Of a DNA stretch of 64,000 nucleotides, positions 12,929-27,745 are shown piece by piece; the first letter of the stretch is position 1; every line of letters starts with the position of its first letter. Source of the stretch: Laetmonice hystrix (Eukaryota); contig OZ249436.1 in NCBI GenBank assembly GCA_965235115.1, forward strand, positions 47,618,001-47,682,000. Reading direction: 5' to 3'. The notes beneath the pieces were generated by a model. That model saw only the letters and a program-made list of their open reading frames with translations. It was not told where the DNA came from and did no database searches. The translations under genes and the position numbers were made by a program.

Positions 12929-15147
12929 CATGAATGACGACTTGTCAAGAAGCAGTCACCCAACCCTCCAGTCTCCAAACTCATGTTGTTTATTGTTGAT
13001 CTCACAGGGGGCATCGACCTCTGCCAGTGGAATTAGGGACACATCTATTGAGAAAGTCAACCAGTGTAGAGGGTGAAAATAACGTGGCCTTTCTCTGGTC
13101 TACTGCTTGGGGTATTATGCCAGGGGAGGTTAGATGGGGTGTGGGGGTAAGATATAAACAGCGACCTTACACACGGCCTTGTTGTACGAGCCCAGCCCAC
13201 CGTGTCTCGTCTACTCTCATTTATCGTGTACGGTCCGTGTGAATAGCGGCACTAGATACACGACAGCACTTGGACGGGGAGAAACCACCAGGGGGCCATA
13301 TTGTCAGGTTTGAAATGTTGATGGTACCATCTGAAGTGAAGTAAGTCGCAAGGCATGGTCCCAGGAGGTGTCGGGGGAAGTCTTTCCTCACCTACTCAAA
13401 CCAATCATACTTCTAAAGCTAGTAGGTCTATATCAGACTTGACGTTATCCTGACGTTAGAACTTTCTGATCTGAGAAGTATATCCTATTTTAAAAGTTAC
13501 GTGGCCATGGAGCCAATCACATCGCCCGTTCCATAAGTCCGGTGGGGTTAGAAAAAGTAGCCAATCACTGCGGTCATCCTTTGTCCAGTTTTCCCACGTT
13601 TTATTCACAATAATTTAACCCGGGCATTTCACCAGGGCCCAGGAAATGCGTCTACAAAGGAGGAATGTTTAACTTTGTCACATTTTCGATTTCCTTTAAG
13701 GGTCCCCAGATCTGGGAATGGGGTGACAATGGGGTGTTAATAGTTAATCATGTGAAATTCTGTAAAGATTCTTCTGTATACAACTGGGAATATTACCGTC
13801 CCGGCGTCGTCCCTGCCCCTGCCCCCCCCCCGGCCCCTGCCCCTGCCCCTGGCCCTACCGGTCCCCGTCCCAGTGTCGTCCCTGCACCTACCCCCCCCCC
13901 CCCTGCCCCGGCCCCTCCGCCGGGCCGTCTGGAGGCTGCCATCTCCCGTTTTCTCCAGCCGTTTAGTACACAATAGCCAGGTTTGCATTCAATTAATGCC
14001 GGCTCAGTCAGCATCTTGCATCTTGTCAACCCGCTCAGTGGCTGGAATAAGACTCACCCTCTTCCAGACAGACTGAGGTGAGCGGAGAAGTTTTTCTAAC
14101 CGTCGTTTTCAGAGCGGGGTAGGCAAGGTAACGGCTTCATACGGTGAGTGGGTGTTGTCACTGTGTGTGTGTCTGAGAGTGTGTCTGTTAGCGGGTGATG
14201 GATCAGATGGTCGGTTACTGACATACTGGGCACTGAACCGCCCTCCGCCAAGAAAAAAGGTACACATGGAAATGGAAGGACAGGCTAGTTATATAATGTA
14301 AAAAAATAATAAGCCCCCCCCCCCAAAAAAAAAACAACAACTCATTTCGTTATTAGCGCAGTTTGAATATTTAAATAAAATCAAAACCACAGTAGGTGAC
14401 ATACCCAACTCCTCCCTGACAAACCAACATCCATCCCCCGCACCCTCCGATCATCCCCAAACCCGGCTTATCCAAACCAAACAATCCTCCACAGAACCGA
14501 TAAACCCACCCTACCGGGATGACCTCTGACCTCTCTGGTATCAGCATGACCTCTGACCTGTACGGGGAGAACGTGTGATCTTTCATCAACACAGGAGACA
14601 GGACAACATTGGACCAATCCCAACGGACCAGGAACATTCCAGACCCGTAGTCCGCTCGTGATTTGAAATCTTCACATCAAACTAAGGTGGGGCAAGTCAA
14701 TCCAGGTTATTTTCCACTATACGTCGATTTTTCCTTTCAATCGAAGTGGTATAATGCACGGACTCAAATCCTGTACAGTAATATTTACATCTCACTCCAA
14801 AAGATTACCTGAAGGCCTTCAATCTCTGGCTTTGTCGCTAAAATAAAAACACTCGTTCACTTGAACTGATTTTGTTGTGAGGAAGCGAGAGAACTCCGCT
14901 GTGAGAGGCTCCCCGAACGGCACATATCAGATGCGCAAACTCTACAGATAGCCGGGGATGACACGTGACTCAGTCTGAAGGCCCATGTAGCGTCTCCGTT
15001 CGTTCCCATGGTAACGTTTGTGACGCCATTGTCTTAGAGAGATGAAAGCGAAGATAACGACATTGTACCTTCTTAGCTCTCAGTCCCCAAGGTTGCTCCC
15101 CTTCACGATGTCAACTCTCCAAGGTTACAGCCACAAACCAATCTCAC

Positions 15148-16025
15148 CGTAATCTTTACCACATCAAGACAAGATTAGCGTCAAGTCTCCCCACGTCCTG
15201 TAATCTTTACCACATCAAGACAAGATTAGCGTCAAGTCTCCCCACGTCCTGTAATCTTTACCACATCAAGACAAGATTAACACCAAGTCCCCCAGTCCTC
15301 TTTAATTTATACCACATCAAGACAAGATTAACACCAAGTCCCCCAGTCCTCTTTAATTTATACCACATCAAGACAAGATTAACACCAAGTCCTCATAGTC
15401 CTCTTTAATTTATACCACATCAAGACAAGATTAACACCAAGTCTCCCCACGTCCTCTTTAATTTATACCACATCAAGACAAGATTAGCGCCAAGTCCTCA
15501 TAGTCCCCTTTAACTTATACCACATCAAGACAAGATTAGCGCCAAGTCCTCATAGTCCCCTTTAACTTATACCACATCAAGACAAGACTAGCGCCAAGTC
15601 CCCCACGTCCTCTTTAATTTATACCACATCAAGACAAGATTAGCGCCAAGTCCCCCACGTCCTCTTTAATTTATACCACACCAAGACAAGATTAACACCA
15701 AGTTCCCCACGTCCTCTTTAATTTATACCACATCAAGACAAGATTAACACCAAGTCCCCGACGTTCTGTAATTTTTATCACATTACGACAAGATTAGCGC
15801 CAAGTCCCCCCACGTCCTCTAATTGTTATCACATCACGACAAGATTAGCACCAAGTCCCCCCACGTCCTCTAATTGTTATCACATCACGACAAGATTAGC
15901 ACCAAGTCCCCGACGTCCTGTAATTTTTACCACATCAAGACAAGATTAGCACCAAGTCCCCGACGTCCTGTAATTTTTACCACATCAAGACAAGATTAGC
16001 ACCAAGTCCGCCCACGTCCTCTAAA
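15148..16025. repeat. Tandem array, ~52-bp unit, ~17 copies
   Basis: TACCACATCAAGACAAGATTA core repeated. Confidence 0.95.
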
Positions 16026-16438
16026 CCCCCACGTCCCCTCAGGTCCTCTTTCAGCCTCAACAGTGAAGCGCGTACATCTGTAGGGCATTTCTTACGAGCC
16101 AGTCGTACTTCTCATGCTGACCAGGGATCTATTCCTTTTAGTGACCAAATCTAATTTTAGAGGCCTGCTACTGTACGGTACGGATACTGGTAATAGATAC
16201 CGAGAATCCTAAGATGTGGGTGGACCTAGGCCTTTTAGAGAACAGATTGAGTCTATGTGAGGTCCTCAGCCCACATTCTGCCCGCCGACATTACGATAGG
16301 TACGAGTACTTCTCTCGGTCTCCCCATTACCCCCCTACGGCACTAAGAAAACCTCGGATCGCTTACAGCCCAATGTCCGCGTCGTTCTTAATGCATCCAG
16401 ACCTGTGTCTAATATATTCCACTTCTCCAGCAGGGAGG

Positions 16439-17056
16439 CTGACGCTTGTGACCACCCGCGGGACACTGTCCACAGTCTGGGTGACGCTTGTTACCACCAT
16501 CGGGACACTGTCCACAGTCACGGTGACGCTTGTGAACACCCGTGGGACACTGTCCACAGTCACGGTGACGCTTGTGAACACCCGCGGGACACTGTCCACA
16601 GTCTGGGTGACGCTTGTTACTACCATCGGGACACTGTCCACAGTCTGGGTGACGCTTGTTACCACCATCGGGACACTGTCCACAGTCTGGGTGACGCTTG
16701 TGACCACCATCGGGACACTGTCCACAGTCTGGGTGACGCTTGTTACCACCATCGGGACACTGTCCAGAGTCTGGGTGACGCTTGTTACTACCATCGGGAC
16801 ACTGTCCACAGTCTGGGTGACGCTTGTTACCACCATCGGGACACTGTCCACAGTCTGGGTGACGCTTGTTACCACCATCGGGACACTGTCCACAGTCTGG
16901 GTGACGCTTGTGACCAGCATCGGGACACTGTCCACAGTCACGGCGACGCTTGTGAACACCCATGGGACACTGTCTACAGTCACGGTGACGCTTGTGAACA
17001 CCCGTGGGACACTGTCCACAGTCACGGCGACGCTTGTGTCTACAATCGGGACACTA
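16439..17056. repeat. Tandem array, 42-bp unit, ~15 copies
   Basis: GTGACGCTTGTTACCACCATCGGGACACTGTCCACAGTCTGG. Confidence 0.95.
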
Positions 17057-17974
17057 TTCCTATCTTAACACCCGTCCAGTCATATCTTATCCCCGCCCAG
17101 TCATTTCTTAACACCCGTCCATTCATATCTTATCCCCGCCCAGTCATTTCTTAACACCCACCCAGCCATATCTTATCCCCGCCCAGTCATTTCTTAGCCC
17201 CAAGTCATATCCAAGTTTATGGTGCGAAGGTGAATGCGTATTACAATTCAAACGATGCGCCCACCCCTCAATCCCTGAGTCCTCCCAACGAGACTCTATC
17301 ACCATTACCTTACTCTGCACAACACTAATAAGTGTTCATTGCCAACTAGTTAGCTACAGTCCCAGTATAAAAATATTAATTGCTTGGCACAAGGCTCAAT
17401 CGATTGTCTCTCATTACTTCACTTAGGGAGGATTTGTCCTTCGCGTGGCTTGTTTACAGTTCCAGGAAGTATTTTTAATGACTTATTCTACGCAATAATA
17501 CCGGGTTCTTGCACTTCCGGTTAGACAGCCCTGATCTCCCCGTGTCAAGGACGCCGGACAAATTCGTGAATTCTTCCTCCCACAATCTCCTGTCAGTGTT
17601 TACCTGATGAAGGTGTGTGTTTGAGGAGAAATATAACACCGTGCTAATGGTCGATACAGGTTCACTCTCCAATCTGACCATCCCCGTGTCTGTTTGATAG
17701 CTGGATGTTGGTATGTCTGATACCAAGTAATCGATGAGGGTACCAATATCCTTACACAGTATGCCATATCACGGCAGCTCTCCCTGCAGCAGTATTTCTT
17801 TCCTACCTCCATACATAATTCATACCCAGACTGTGGTTGCATGTACACAAGGTTCTCTTACAAAACACAAGGACACTGCTGACGAGAGAGATTTGTGTTA
17901 GTCCATAACTTTTAATGAGAAACACCTTGGTCTGGTAGTTATGTCATGTTGATCCTGAGCGCAGCTATTTATCT

Positions 17975-18904
17975 GATGTTGATCCTGAGCGCAGCAGAGC
18001 TGAGCTGCCGGAGTCTAGACTCTAGTATTGGTCTCATGTTGATATTGAACACAGCAGAGCTGAGCTGCCGGAGTCTAGACCCTAGTATTGGTCTCATGTT
18101 GATATTGAACACAGCAGAGCTGAGCTGCCGGAGTCTAGACTCTAGTATTGGTCTCATGTTGATCTTGAACACAGCAGAGCTGAGCTGCCGGAGTCCAGAC
18201 TCTAGTATTGGTCTCATGTTGATAACTGAACACAGCAGAGCTGAGCTGCCGGAGTCTAGACCCTAGTATTGGTCTCATGTTGATATTGAACACAGCAGAG
18301 CTGAGCTGCCGGAGTCTAGACTCTAGTATTGGTCTCATGTTGATATTGAACACAGCAGAGCTGAGCTGCCGGAGTCTAGACCCTAGTATTGGTCTCATGT
18401 TGATATTGAACACAGCAGAGCTGAGCTGCCGGAGTCCAGACTCTAGTATTGGTCTCACGTTGATATTGAACACAGCAGAGCTGAGCTGCCGGAGTCCAGA
18501 CTCTAGTATTGGTCTCATGTTGATATTGAACACAGCAGAGCTGAGCTGCCGGAGTCTAGACTCTTGTATTGGTCTCATGTTGATCTTGAACACAGCAGAG
18601 CTGAGCTGCCGGAGTCTAGACTCTAGTATTGGTCTCATGTTGATCTTGAACACAGCAGAGCTGAGCTGCCGGAGTCTAGACTCTAGTATTGGTCTCATGT
18701 TGATCTTGAACACAGCAGAGCTGAGCTGCCGGAGTCTAGACTCTAGTATTGGTCTCACGTTGATCTTGAACACAGCAGAGCTGAGCTGCCGGAGTCTAGA
18801 CTCTAGTATTGGTCTCACGTTGATCTTGAACACAGCAGAGCTGAGCTGCCGGAGTCCAGACTCTTGTATTGGTCTCACGTTGATCTTGAACACAGCAGAG
18901 CTGA
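17975..18904. repeat. Tandem array, 60-bp unit, ~15 copies
   Basis: Identical columns across consecutive 60-nt lines; internal palindrome GAGTCTAGACTC. Confidence 0.95.
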
Positions 18905-20446
18905 GAAGAGTAGTATTTTCCTGCTCCCGGAAAAGCTATTCACAGATAGTTTATCAGTGATTATCTTTGATACTTACTGCTGTCAATGAGGTCATCTGAG
19001 CCCTGATATCTAATCTGTTATAGATCATCTTGGATTTTTGTTAGTGGGTTGAAGTTATTCTCACATGCAAAGTAAATATCATTTTAATCCAACCATGAGT
19101 ATCTGCTCACAAGAGCAGCGAAATGATGCTCACCTCAGAAAATACCACATACATACAACAAAGGTGACGCCTTCAAACCCGGTTACCATACACGGTGACT
19201 GTTGGACTTGCAGCCATCCACATCTGTCATAGCCGGCTTGCACTGACGGTTAGATCATGATGTGGAAACGGTCTAACATTGCGCTAACACTCTCCACATA
19301 ACACCAGTACACAATGGTAGGCTAGCTCACCCCACATCACAGGTAGAATGTGAAACACCAGCTTATGGAAGCTCATATAACACGCAAACTGCCACAAAAA
19401 CCTTTGAAATAATTCATAATTTTGGTTTTCAATACTGAACTGTACGGAATGACAGCACTTGGGCACCCCTTGGGAACATCTTGTATGGAATTACTGAACT
19501 ATTTAATTAGGGCTACATTGAAGAATCAATCGTCGGTTTTTGACCTACTTTAGAATCTGCAGATCCGTTACATTATGAGTTATTAATCAGCTGTTAATAA
19601 CGATGAAATATTTCATATCTCCGGTCGATTATTTGTTCTCCGTAATCATCGTACTTTTCTATCTTCCCATATTTCCAGTCTCTGGCACCAGGAGGCAATT
19701 TGATGGGTGCGCTCTGGGATTCCCATTGGGAGGTCAATGGGCGCGGCATGGCCCAATGGCAGATTGTACCAACGGCAAACACCACCAAATATCATGAGAA
19801 ATGGTAGGCAGCGGGTCAAACTGTGATCCTCACAACCTTAATGGCATTTCCCTGGTTATTGGTTCCAACCATTCCACAACCTGGGGCAATCATACAATGA
19901 TCCCTCCCTCGCCAGCCAGCACGGCCCACTACCCACGGTACAATGAATGCTCCCTCCCTGATCTGATGTCCGATGACTGTAAGGACGACGCCCCCCAAAC
20001 TAAAGTACGTCCTGATGAAACTATCCCATTCTCAGATCACTCCATCACGTTTCAATGTTAGTTTACTGCGATGGTTCTCGCCAAGGGAATATCAGACGAC
20101 CGTCTTCTATCGCCTTCCGTCAAACATCGCCATCATTCTCGTCTGAATCTCATCCCTGACCTCTGCTTTACTTCCGGTGACACGCGCCGCGGCCGCCAGG
20201 GTGCGCGACTGTGACCAGCCGTATGTGTAATCACAACCGTTTACTGAAGACAGGACGGCCTGGCCCGCTGTTAGCAAGGCGGTAGATCGGGCTGGGAGCA
20301 ATATTCTACTGTCAGCGTGGTCTGTTCAGGACGTTATTGGTAAGTTAACGATGGCTCACGTTCCCTGGCCGGTGTTCGCCTACCGGCTATCGTACATCAC
20401 AGTCTCACGGTCATCGGCTCCTCTCAGTCTGCAATCATTGGGCACC

Positions 20447-20595
20447 CCACCGACCGCCAACGACTCTCACCGACCACCAACGACTCTCACCGACCGCCAA
20501 CGACTCTCACCGACCGCCAACGACTCTCACCGACCGCCAACGACTCTCACCGACCGCCAACGACTCTCACCGACCGCCAACGACACCCACCGACC
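20447..20595. repeat. Tandem array, 20-bp unit, ~7 copies
   Basis: CACCGACCGCCAACGACTCT. Confidence 0.9.
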
Positions 20596-21080
20596 TCACT
20601 CAACACCCCTTACCGAATTTACAGCAGCCCTACAAGAATCCCTAACCGAGGAAAGACATCTCACTGTTGCCCACCGTTTTTGTGACTTTACTAAATACAT
20701 GTATACTAGTGTACAGCCTTTATTCATTTATTCCTCTTTGAAAATAAAAAACTTTCACTAAGATGGCTGAAACACTTAAAAGCATTATGAAATCACTTAC
20801 TATACGAAAAGATTCACATAATTTGCCTTATTAGCTCGTAACACTTCGCCTGTACTAGGCATCACTTGATTTCAACATTGAGCTACGACACTAAAAAAAA
20901 TATTCGTTAATCCCAAAGTCGTGTTTGTCTGAGAATCTCCATTTGAAGTGGGTTCATCCCGCCGGTATTAATCCTCATTCAATCGTGATTAGCCGGAGAT
21001 TTGATACAAAGGGAGTACCCTTGTGGTGGTACGAGAAATCACGGTTCAGATTGCTAATCACTGCTCCTTCAACTGCCGCC

Positions 21081-21545
21081 CTGGAGGCACCATTCCCACA
21101 CTGGTGGCATGGATCGCACACTGGAGGTATGGCCCACACACTGGAGGCACCACTCCCACACTGGTGGCATGGATCGCACACTGGAGGTATGGCCCACACA
21201 CTGGAGGCACCACTCCCACACTGGTGGCATGGATCGCACACTGGAGGTATGGCCCACACACTGGAGGCACCACTCCCACACTGGAGGCACGACCCACACA
21301 CAGGAGGCACGGCGCACACACTGGAGGCACGGCGTACACATAGGAGGCACGGCACACACACTGGAGGCACGGCACACACACAGGAGGCACGGCCCACACA
21401 TTGGAGGCACGGCACACACACTGGAAGCACAGCCCAAACACAGGAGGCACGGCCCACACAATGGAGGCACGGCGTACACACATGAGGCAGGGCACACACA
21501 CAGGAGGCACGGCCCACACACTGGAGGCACGGCCCACACACAGGA
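21081..21545. repeat. 20-bp unit array, partly organised as a 60-bp higher-order repeat
   Basis: CTGGAGGCACGGCCCACACA variants. Confidence 0.9.
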
Positions 21546-22023
21546 CAGTCTCATACGCCGTCTTGTGACATAAAGTTGGCACGGTGGGCCTCCATTCCCA
21601 ATAACCACGCTGTTCTCCAGACAATCGGATCTACCTTTCTGACCTTGTGTCAACATACCGGCACTTCTCATCCCTTTGTACTTGTAAATTGAAAGCTTCA
21701 GAATGCTTTGCCATCAGATCAAGTCAAATGATCTGAATAGAAACTTCTTTCTCTACTTCCCTTCGTGTTTAAGGGAAAGATTAAACACGGGTTTTATCAA
21801 TCGACTTCTCAGCCAACATCTGAAGAAAGAATCAAGATTTTGATCAGCGTTCTGCATCAGAACGAAGATCAACCCCAGGCAATTACTGAATGTTCCAATT
21901 CTGAACGTTTCCTGCCTGGAATCGCCAGTCTGGGGAGTTTTACACACTTTGATCATTCTGATGTAATGAGAACGGTGGTCACGCCTTACTCAGTCCCGTG
22001 GTAGACTGTCGTCCTAGGATGTC

Positions 22024-22690
22024 GGCCACAGGGACCTCATCATTCTGTCACAGCCTGTCCAGGCCAGAGGGACCTCACCACCTTGTCCCGGCCTGTCCAG
22101 GCCACAGGGACCCCATCATTCTGTCACAGCCTGTCCAGGCCACAGGGACCTCATCATTCTGTCACAGCCTGTCCAGGCCACAGGGACCTCATCATTCTGT
22201 CACAGCCTGTCCAGGCCACAGGGACCTCATCATTCTGTCACAGCCTGTCCAGGCCACAGGGACCTCATCATTCTGTCACAGCCTGTCCAGGCCACAGGAA
22301 CCTCATCATTCTGTCACAGCCTGTCCAGGCCAGAGGGACCTCACCACCGTGTCCCGGCCTGTCCAGGCCACAGGGACCTCATCATTCTGTCACAGCCTAT
22401 CCAGGCCACAGGGACCTCATCATTCTGTCACAGCCTATCCAGGCCACAGGGACCTCATCATTCTGTCACAGCCTGTCCAGGCCACAGGGACCTCATCATT
22501 CTGTCACAGCCTGTCCAGGCCACAGGGACCCATCATTCTGTCACAGCCTGTCCAGGCCACAGGGACCTCATCATTCTGTCACAGCCTGTCCAGGCCACAG
22601 GGACCTCATCATTCTGTCACAGCCTGTCCAGGCCACAGGGAGCTCACCACCGTGTCCCGGCCTGTCCGAGCCACAGGGACCTCACCACCC
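22024..22690. repeat. Tandem array, 38-bp unit, ~17 copies
   Basis: GGCCACAGGGACCTCATCATTCTGTCACAGCCTGTCCA. Confidence 0.95.
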
Positions 22691-23462
22691 TGTCCCAACG
22701 TGCCCAAGCCCCACCACCAACACCGTCCCGCATTGTTTCATTGTCCAGTGACATCACAGTGACACTGGTAGTGGTGATGTCACAATGACGTCACCGGCCG
22801 CACTGGATACTAAAAGGATGAAGTTATTTCCACGGCTCTAGCATGCCCTTTCTGTGCTATTATACAGACCTCTGTGTACCTGATAAAACACCTCAAACGG
22901 ATGTTATTCATCTGGCAGCTCATTCCCATGGGGACCTGGTACACTTTAGGTCCCTATCTTAACCATCCTATAATTATGCTAACCGTATTTTCAATATGGC
23001 CTCAGCTGCAAACATGGTGCCCATTCCTAGCAAAGGCTCGTCTAGAACCCCCCCCCCCCCCCCCCCCGCCCTCCCTTGAGCTAAACCCGTCCAGTCAGGT
23101 CTAGTCGGGTCTGGCACGGTCGGGTTTTAAGAAGCAGTGCACGAAAATTGGCCCCTAGAGGTTGCGATCATGACCTCTGACAGATCGTCCTTGACACCTC
23201 CTCGGGCCAATCAGCGTGCAGTGCGTCACAGCGGTCAGCGCCCCCTGGAGGTCGACCAAGACTGTAGACGCCAATATCAACAGGGCGGCGTTCAGGAGCA
23301 CGCAACGTAACAAAACGTTACGAAATCGTACGAAACGTCACCCGTTTAGTAAGGCCCTTTTTGACGTTTTGAACGTTTCTGAGGAGACGTGTTACTGAAC
23401 GCTCACGGGACTTTGCTGAACGTATGACAGACTTTAAAAAAAAGTTTAAAAAGGTATCAACG

Positions 23463-23790
23463 CCGGCCCACACTAAAGCGATTTTCCATACGTCGTTTAA
23501 GCGATTTTCAATTTAGGGGCCGTCCATCAATTTTACATAACGCTCAGGGGGTGGGGATGTATATCCAAGCGTTACGGTCCATTATAAAGCTCCATTGAAA
23601 GCGTTACAGGGGGTGGGGGTGAAGGGTGTCAGATTTTGGTCGGAAGAGCGTTCCATAATTTATAGACAGCTCCTTAAAGGCAGTAATTTTAAATATGCCC
23701 GTGTGGTCCATCCTGATACTAGATATAGTATCCTTTAAACTCAAACTGGCGATCATGACGTCTCACAGACAATCGCTATAGTGTGAGCGG
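23463..23790. mobile_element. Older MITE enclosing the 23516-23673 element
   Basis: Inverted ends CCGGCCCACACTAAAGCGATT / AATCGCTATAGTGTGAGCGG. Confidence 0.5.
23516..23673. mobile_element. PIF/Harbinger (Tourist)-like MITE
   Basis: TTA|GGGGCCGTCCAT ... ATAGACAGCTCC|TTA; imperfect TIRs, TTA TSD. Confidence 0.65.
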
Positions 23791-25425
23791 TCCACAAGAC
23801 TTGATTATGTTGCCGTTTTGTAAGTTCAGGAGTGTATGTTGGAGTACGTCAGTACGTGTCGGTTGAGGTTAATCGTAAGAAATAAATTAAAGTTAATCAG
23901 AAAGATAACACTTCCCACCCGCTCTCTGCCAAGTCTCACGACCTGATGGGTTAATCCCTACTGATTTACTGAACGACCATCAACATGACGTAATCAGATT
24001 ATCCCCCTCACGATGGGTATTATGACGTCATAATGACCACATAAATCATTCAACTAACACAACTTGTCTGTGAACCAGCACACGCCAGCAGACAGCTCTG
24101 TTCCCTGGGGGACAGAAACTTCCACCAAGGAAGAATCATCTCAAAAATATGTTTTGATCGTTGAACACGAAACAGAGCCTGAACTAACTAGCTGGGTCAC
24201 GCACACTCTCAGTCTCCACAGAGACGGCACCAGACTGGTCACTCAATCTGCTGTACACATTTGGTGGAGTCAGACGATATCAACATTCTAGGAGTTTTTC
24301 AGGAGTTTCTCGGGATAAAATCCGTTTTCCAGGACTATCATTCTGATATCCTATAACACAAACATTATGATGAACTAAGGTAGGCCTATCATGTGGGAAA
24401 ACTGTCTGACAAGACATGGCCCAAGCATATTCATTACATATTCATTACATGTTGTTATAAAGCAAAGCATTTTATGAATTTTCCTGGAGTTTGCAAACCC
24501 TAGTTTCCATGGTGACACCTTGGACATCTCGTGAGCTCCGACGACCCACCCCGAATGAGTTTCTCTCGATTGCTAAGAACGATTCAGTTGGGACGAACGT
24601 TGGCAAATATAGATACTCTGCTGCTAGAGTTAATGAAGTGTCACACTGCACTGTCCATACAATAATTATTGTCCATGATATTGTCCATAAAAAGGGTCCC
24701 TGATCACTTCATCATTAACATTCAATTCTGATACAATATCATATCAAATAGAGAACAGAACTTTAAAAAAGTATTTTCTCAGAAATGATCCTGGCTTAAC
24801 TTTCCAAAGATGGCTGAGTACGAACGTAACCAATAGTCAATACGCCGCCTGGCGTGCCTGCACTGTCTAATACCACCAATCACAGTGGGTGGGGGAGTGT
24901 ACTTAGCGAGTCAAGAGCCTGCTGGCAAGGTTGCTTTAAAAAAGACTGTGTACAATATTGGTACAACCCACCGCACTCTACACTTTGTATATGGCTAACA
25001 TAGACGTCCCGTCAGTTGGCCTAACAAAATCAATGCAAAACTTGGTTGACCACTACTCTTTGAGACATGTAAGATTGGGGAGGAAATTCTATTAGTTCTG
25101 GAGATTGCCGCTAGGCATGGCCCGATTCTCATTGATTCTACCACTGACCAAGACTTGGTTTCTCCAGAGGTATGACTTCTGGTAGCTGGCATTAAGAGGT
25201 ATGTCTTCCACCAATGGCCTCTGGTAGCAGGCATCTAGCTGAACCATTTAGGTGAGACCAAGTGTGGCCAGTTGACATGGCAACAATACAGTGAGGGCAT
25301 TTCTTTTACCACACTGGGCGGCCCAGCATTCTGCGCGCAACTGACCATCAATAAAGGTCACATCGTGTCCATCCATTAACAACGACCTACTTCGTAAATC
25401 GTATCGGGTCTGAGGACGGTCAGGT

Positions 25426-25662
25426 CGGCTGGCTGGCTGGCCGCCGGTTGGCTGGCTGGCCGCCCGGCTGGCTGGCTGGCCGCCCGGCTGGCTGGCTGGC
25501 TGGCTGGCCGCCCGGCTGGCTGGCTGGCCGCCCGGCTGGCTGGCTGGCTGGCTGGCCGCCCGGCTGGCTGGCTGGCCGCCCGGCTGGCTGGCTGGCTGGC
25601 CGCTCGGCTGGCTGACTGGCTGAATGGCCGCCCGGCTGGCCAGCCGCCCGGCTGGCTGGCTG
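25426..25662. repeat. (GGCT)n microsatellite interrupted by GGCCGCCC
   Basis: Direct reading. Confidence 0.9.
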
Positions 25663-25861
25663 GACCCACCAACAGTATCGGGAGAAACTCCGGCGTATCG
25701 ACTCAACCCCCCATACTGCTGACGGTCACTAAATAGATACCATAAATAGAACTCCATCAGATAATTCCGTCATACACAAGTCCAGAACTGATTCGATTTA
25801 TTGTGTCATAGGTCCTTTCCTCACATCTAAGAGGCGTAGGACTGGCCAGTCAACACCCAGC

Positions 25862-26083
25862 ACCGCAGGCTGACCCCGGGTACCACAGGCTGACCCCGAG
25901 TACCGCAGGCTGACCCCGGGTACTGCAGACTGACCCCGGGTACCGCAGGCTGACCCCGGGTACCACAGACTGACCCCGAGTACCGCAGGCTGACCCCGGG
26001 TACCACAGACTGACCCCGAGTATCGCAGGCTGACCCCGGGTACCACAGACTGACCCCGAGTACCGCAGGCTGACCCCGGGTAT
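25862..26083. repeat. Tandem array, 20-bp unit, ~11 copies
   Basis: TACCGCAGGCTGACCCCGGG. Confidence 0.9.
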
Positions 26084-26509
26084 TTATATAGCCACCCGTT
26101 TCAATGCGTTCATTCTCCCCCGAATACAGTGGCCCCATCACTGCAGCCCATGGGAATTGGTCTACCAGAAGGCCGTTACCAACTACTTTCTCTAGATTAG
26201 ATTCATCCCAGTAATTAATTTCCCCCCTTCTACACTGACTGGTTTATCAACATTCTCTCTCTCGTAAGATCTCGTGAAAGCCACTCTTTGTAAGTGGGAT
26301 AAAAGGTGGTCTTCAATTCGATGGAGAAGTCACGACAGAATGATAAAAAACAAAATGTCAGACCTGCTAAGTTCTGATACATACATCAAGTAAGTTTACA
26401 CAATGGCACATCCCCACATACGGAGACTGAAGATGTGTCTTACAGAGATCATAGAACGCAGCTACATCCACAGAGATACCCGATACAAGGTGAGAATAAT
26501 CGAAAACCA

Positions 26510-27745
26510 CTGACAATACTGAAACCTCGCTGCAATACAGATACACAGATTCACCCTTGACAATACTGAAACCTCGCTACAATACCTTACTCTCTGTATA
26601 CTAGTAATATTACTCTGGGATACATAGATTCACCCTTCACAATACTGAAAGTTGAAACCTCGCTACAATACCTTACTCTCTGTATACTAGTAATATTACT
26701 CCCGGATACATAGATTCACCCTTGACAATACTGAAACCTCGCTACAATACCTTACTCTCTGTATACTACTAATATTACTCTGGGATACATAGATTCACCC
26801 TTGACAATACTGAAACCTCGCTACAATACCTTACTCTCTGTATACTAGTAATATTACTCCCGGATACATAGATTCACCCTTGACAATACTGAAAGTTGAA
26901 ACCTCGCTACAATACCTTACTCTCTGTATACTAGTAATATTACTCCCGGATACATAGATTCACCCTTGACAATACTGAAACCTCGCTACAATACCTTACT
27001 CTCTGTATACTACTAATATTACTCTGGGATACATAGATTCACCCTTGACAATACCGAAACCTCGCTACAATACCTTACTCTCTGTATACTAGTAATATTA
27101 CTCCCGGATACATAGATTTACCCTTGACAATACTGAAACCTCGCTACAATACCTTACTCTCTGTATACTAGTAATATTACTCTGGGATACATAGATTCAC
27201 CCTTGACAATACTGAAACCTCGCTACAATACCTTACTCTCTGTATACTACTAATATTACTCTGAGATACATAGATTCACCCTTGACAATACTGAAACCTC
27301 GCTACAATACCTTACTCTCTGTATACTACTAATATTACTCTGGGATACATAGATTCACCCTTGACAATACTGAAACCTCGCTACAATACCTTACTCTCTG
27401 TATACTAGTAATATTACTCTGGGATACATAGATTGACCCTTGACAATACTGAAACCTCGCTACAATACCTTACTCTCTGTATACTACTAATATTACTCTG
27501 GGATACATAGATTGACCCTTGACAATACTGAAACCTCGCTACAATACCTTACTCTCTGTATACTACTAATATTACTCTGGGATACATAGATTCACCCTTG
27601 ACAATACTGAAACCTCGCTACAATACCTTACTCTCTGTATACTACTAATATTACTCTGGGATACATAGATTCACCCTTGACAATACTGAAACCTCGCTAC
27701 AATACCTTACTCTCTGTATACTACTAATATTACTCTCGTATACAT
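26510..27745. repeat. Tandem array, 79-bp unit, ~15 copies
   Basis: TTCACCCTTGACAATACTGAAACCTCGCTACAATACC... Confidence 0.95.

Noticed and set aside
14050..14140. Minus-strand donor AGG|GTGAGT with upstream ATG
   Set aside because: In-frame TAG precedes the donor; could be a non-coding exon but unsupported (same for donor-like sites near 41985 and 62820)
4154..22762. Long repetitive ORFs in arrays (e.g. 9359-10360, 10298-11886, 16214-17154, 18135-18960, 20925-22762)
   Set aside because: Open on several frames and both strands because the unit lacks stops; unit lengths across the window show no evident multiple-of-3 bias
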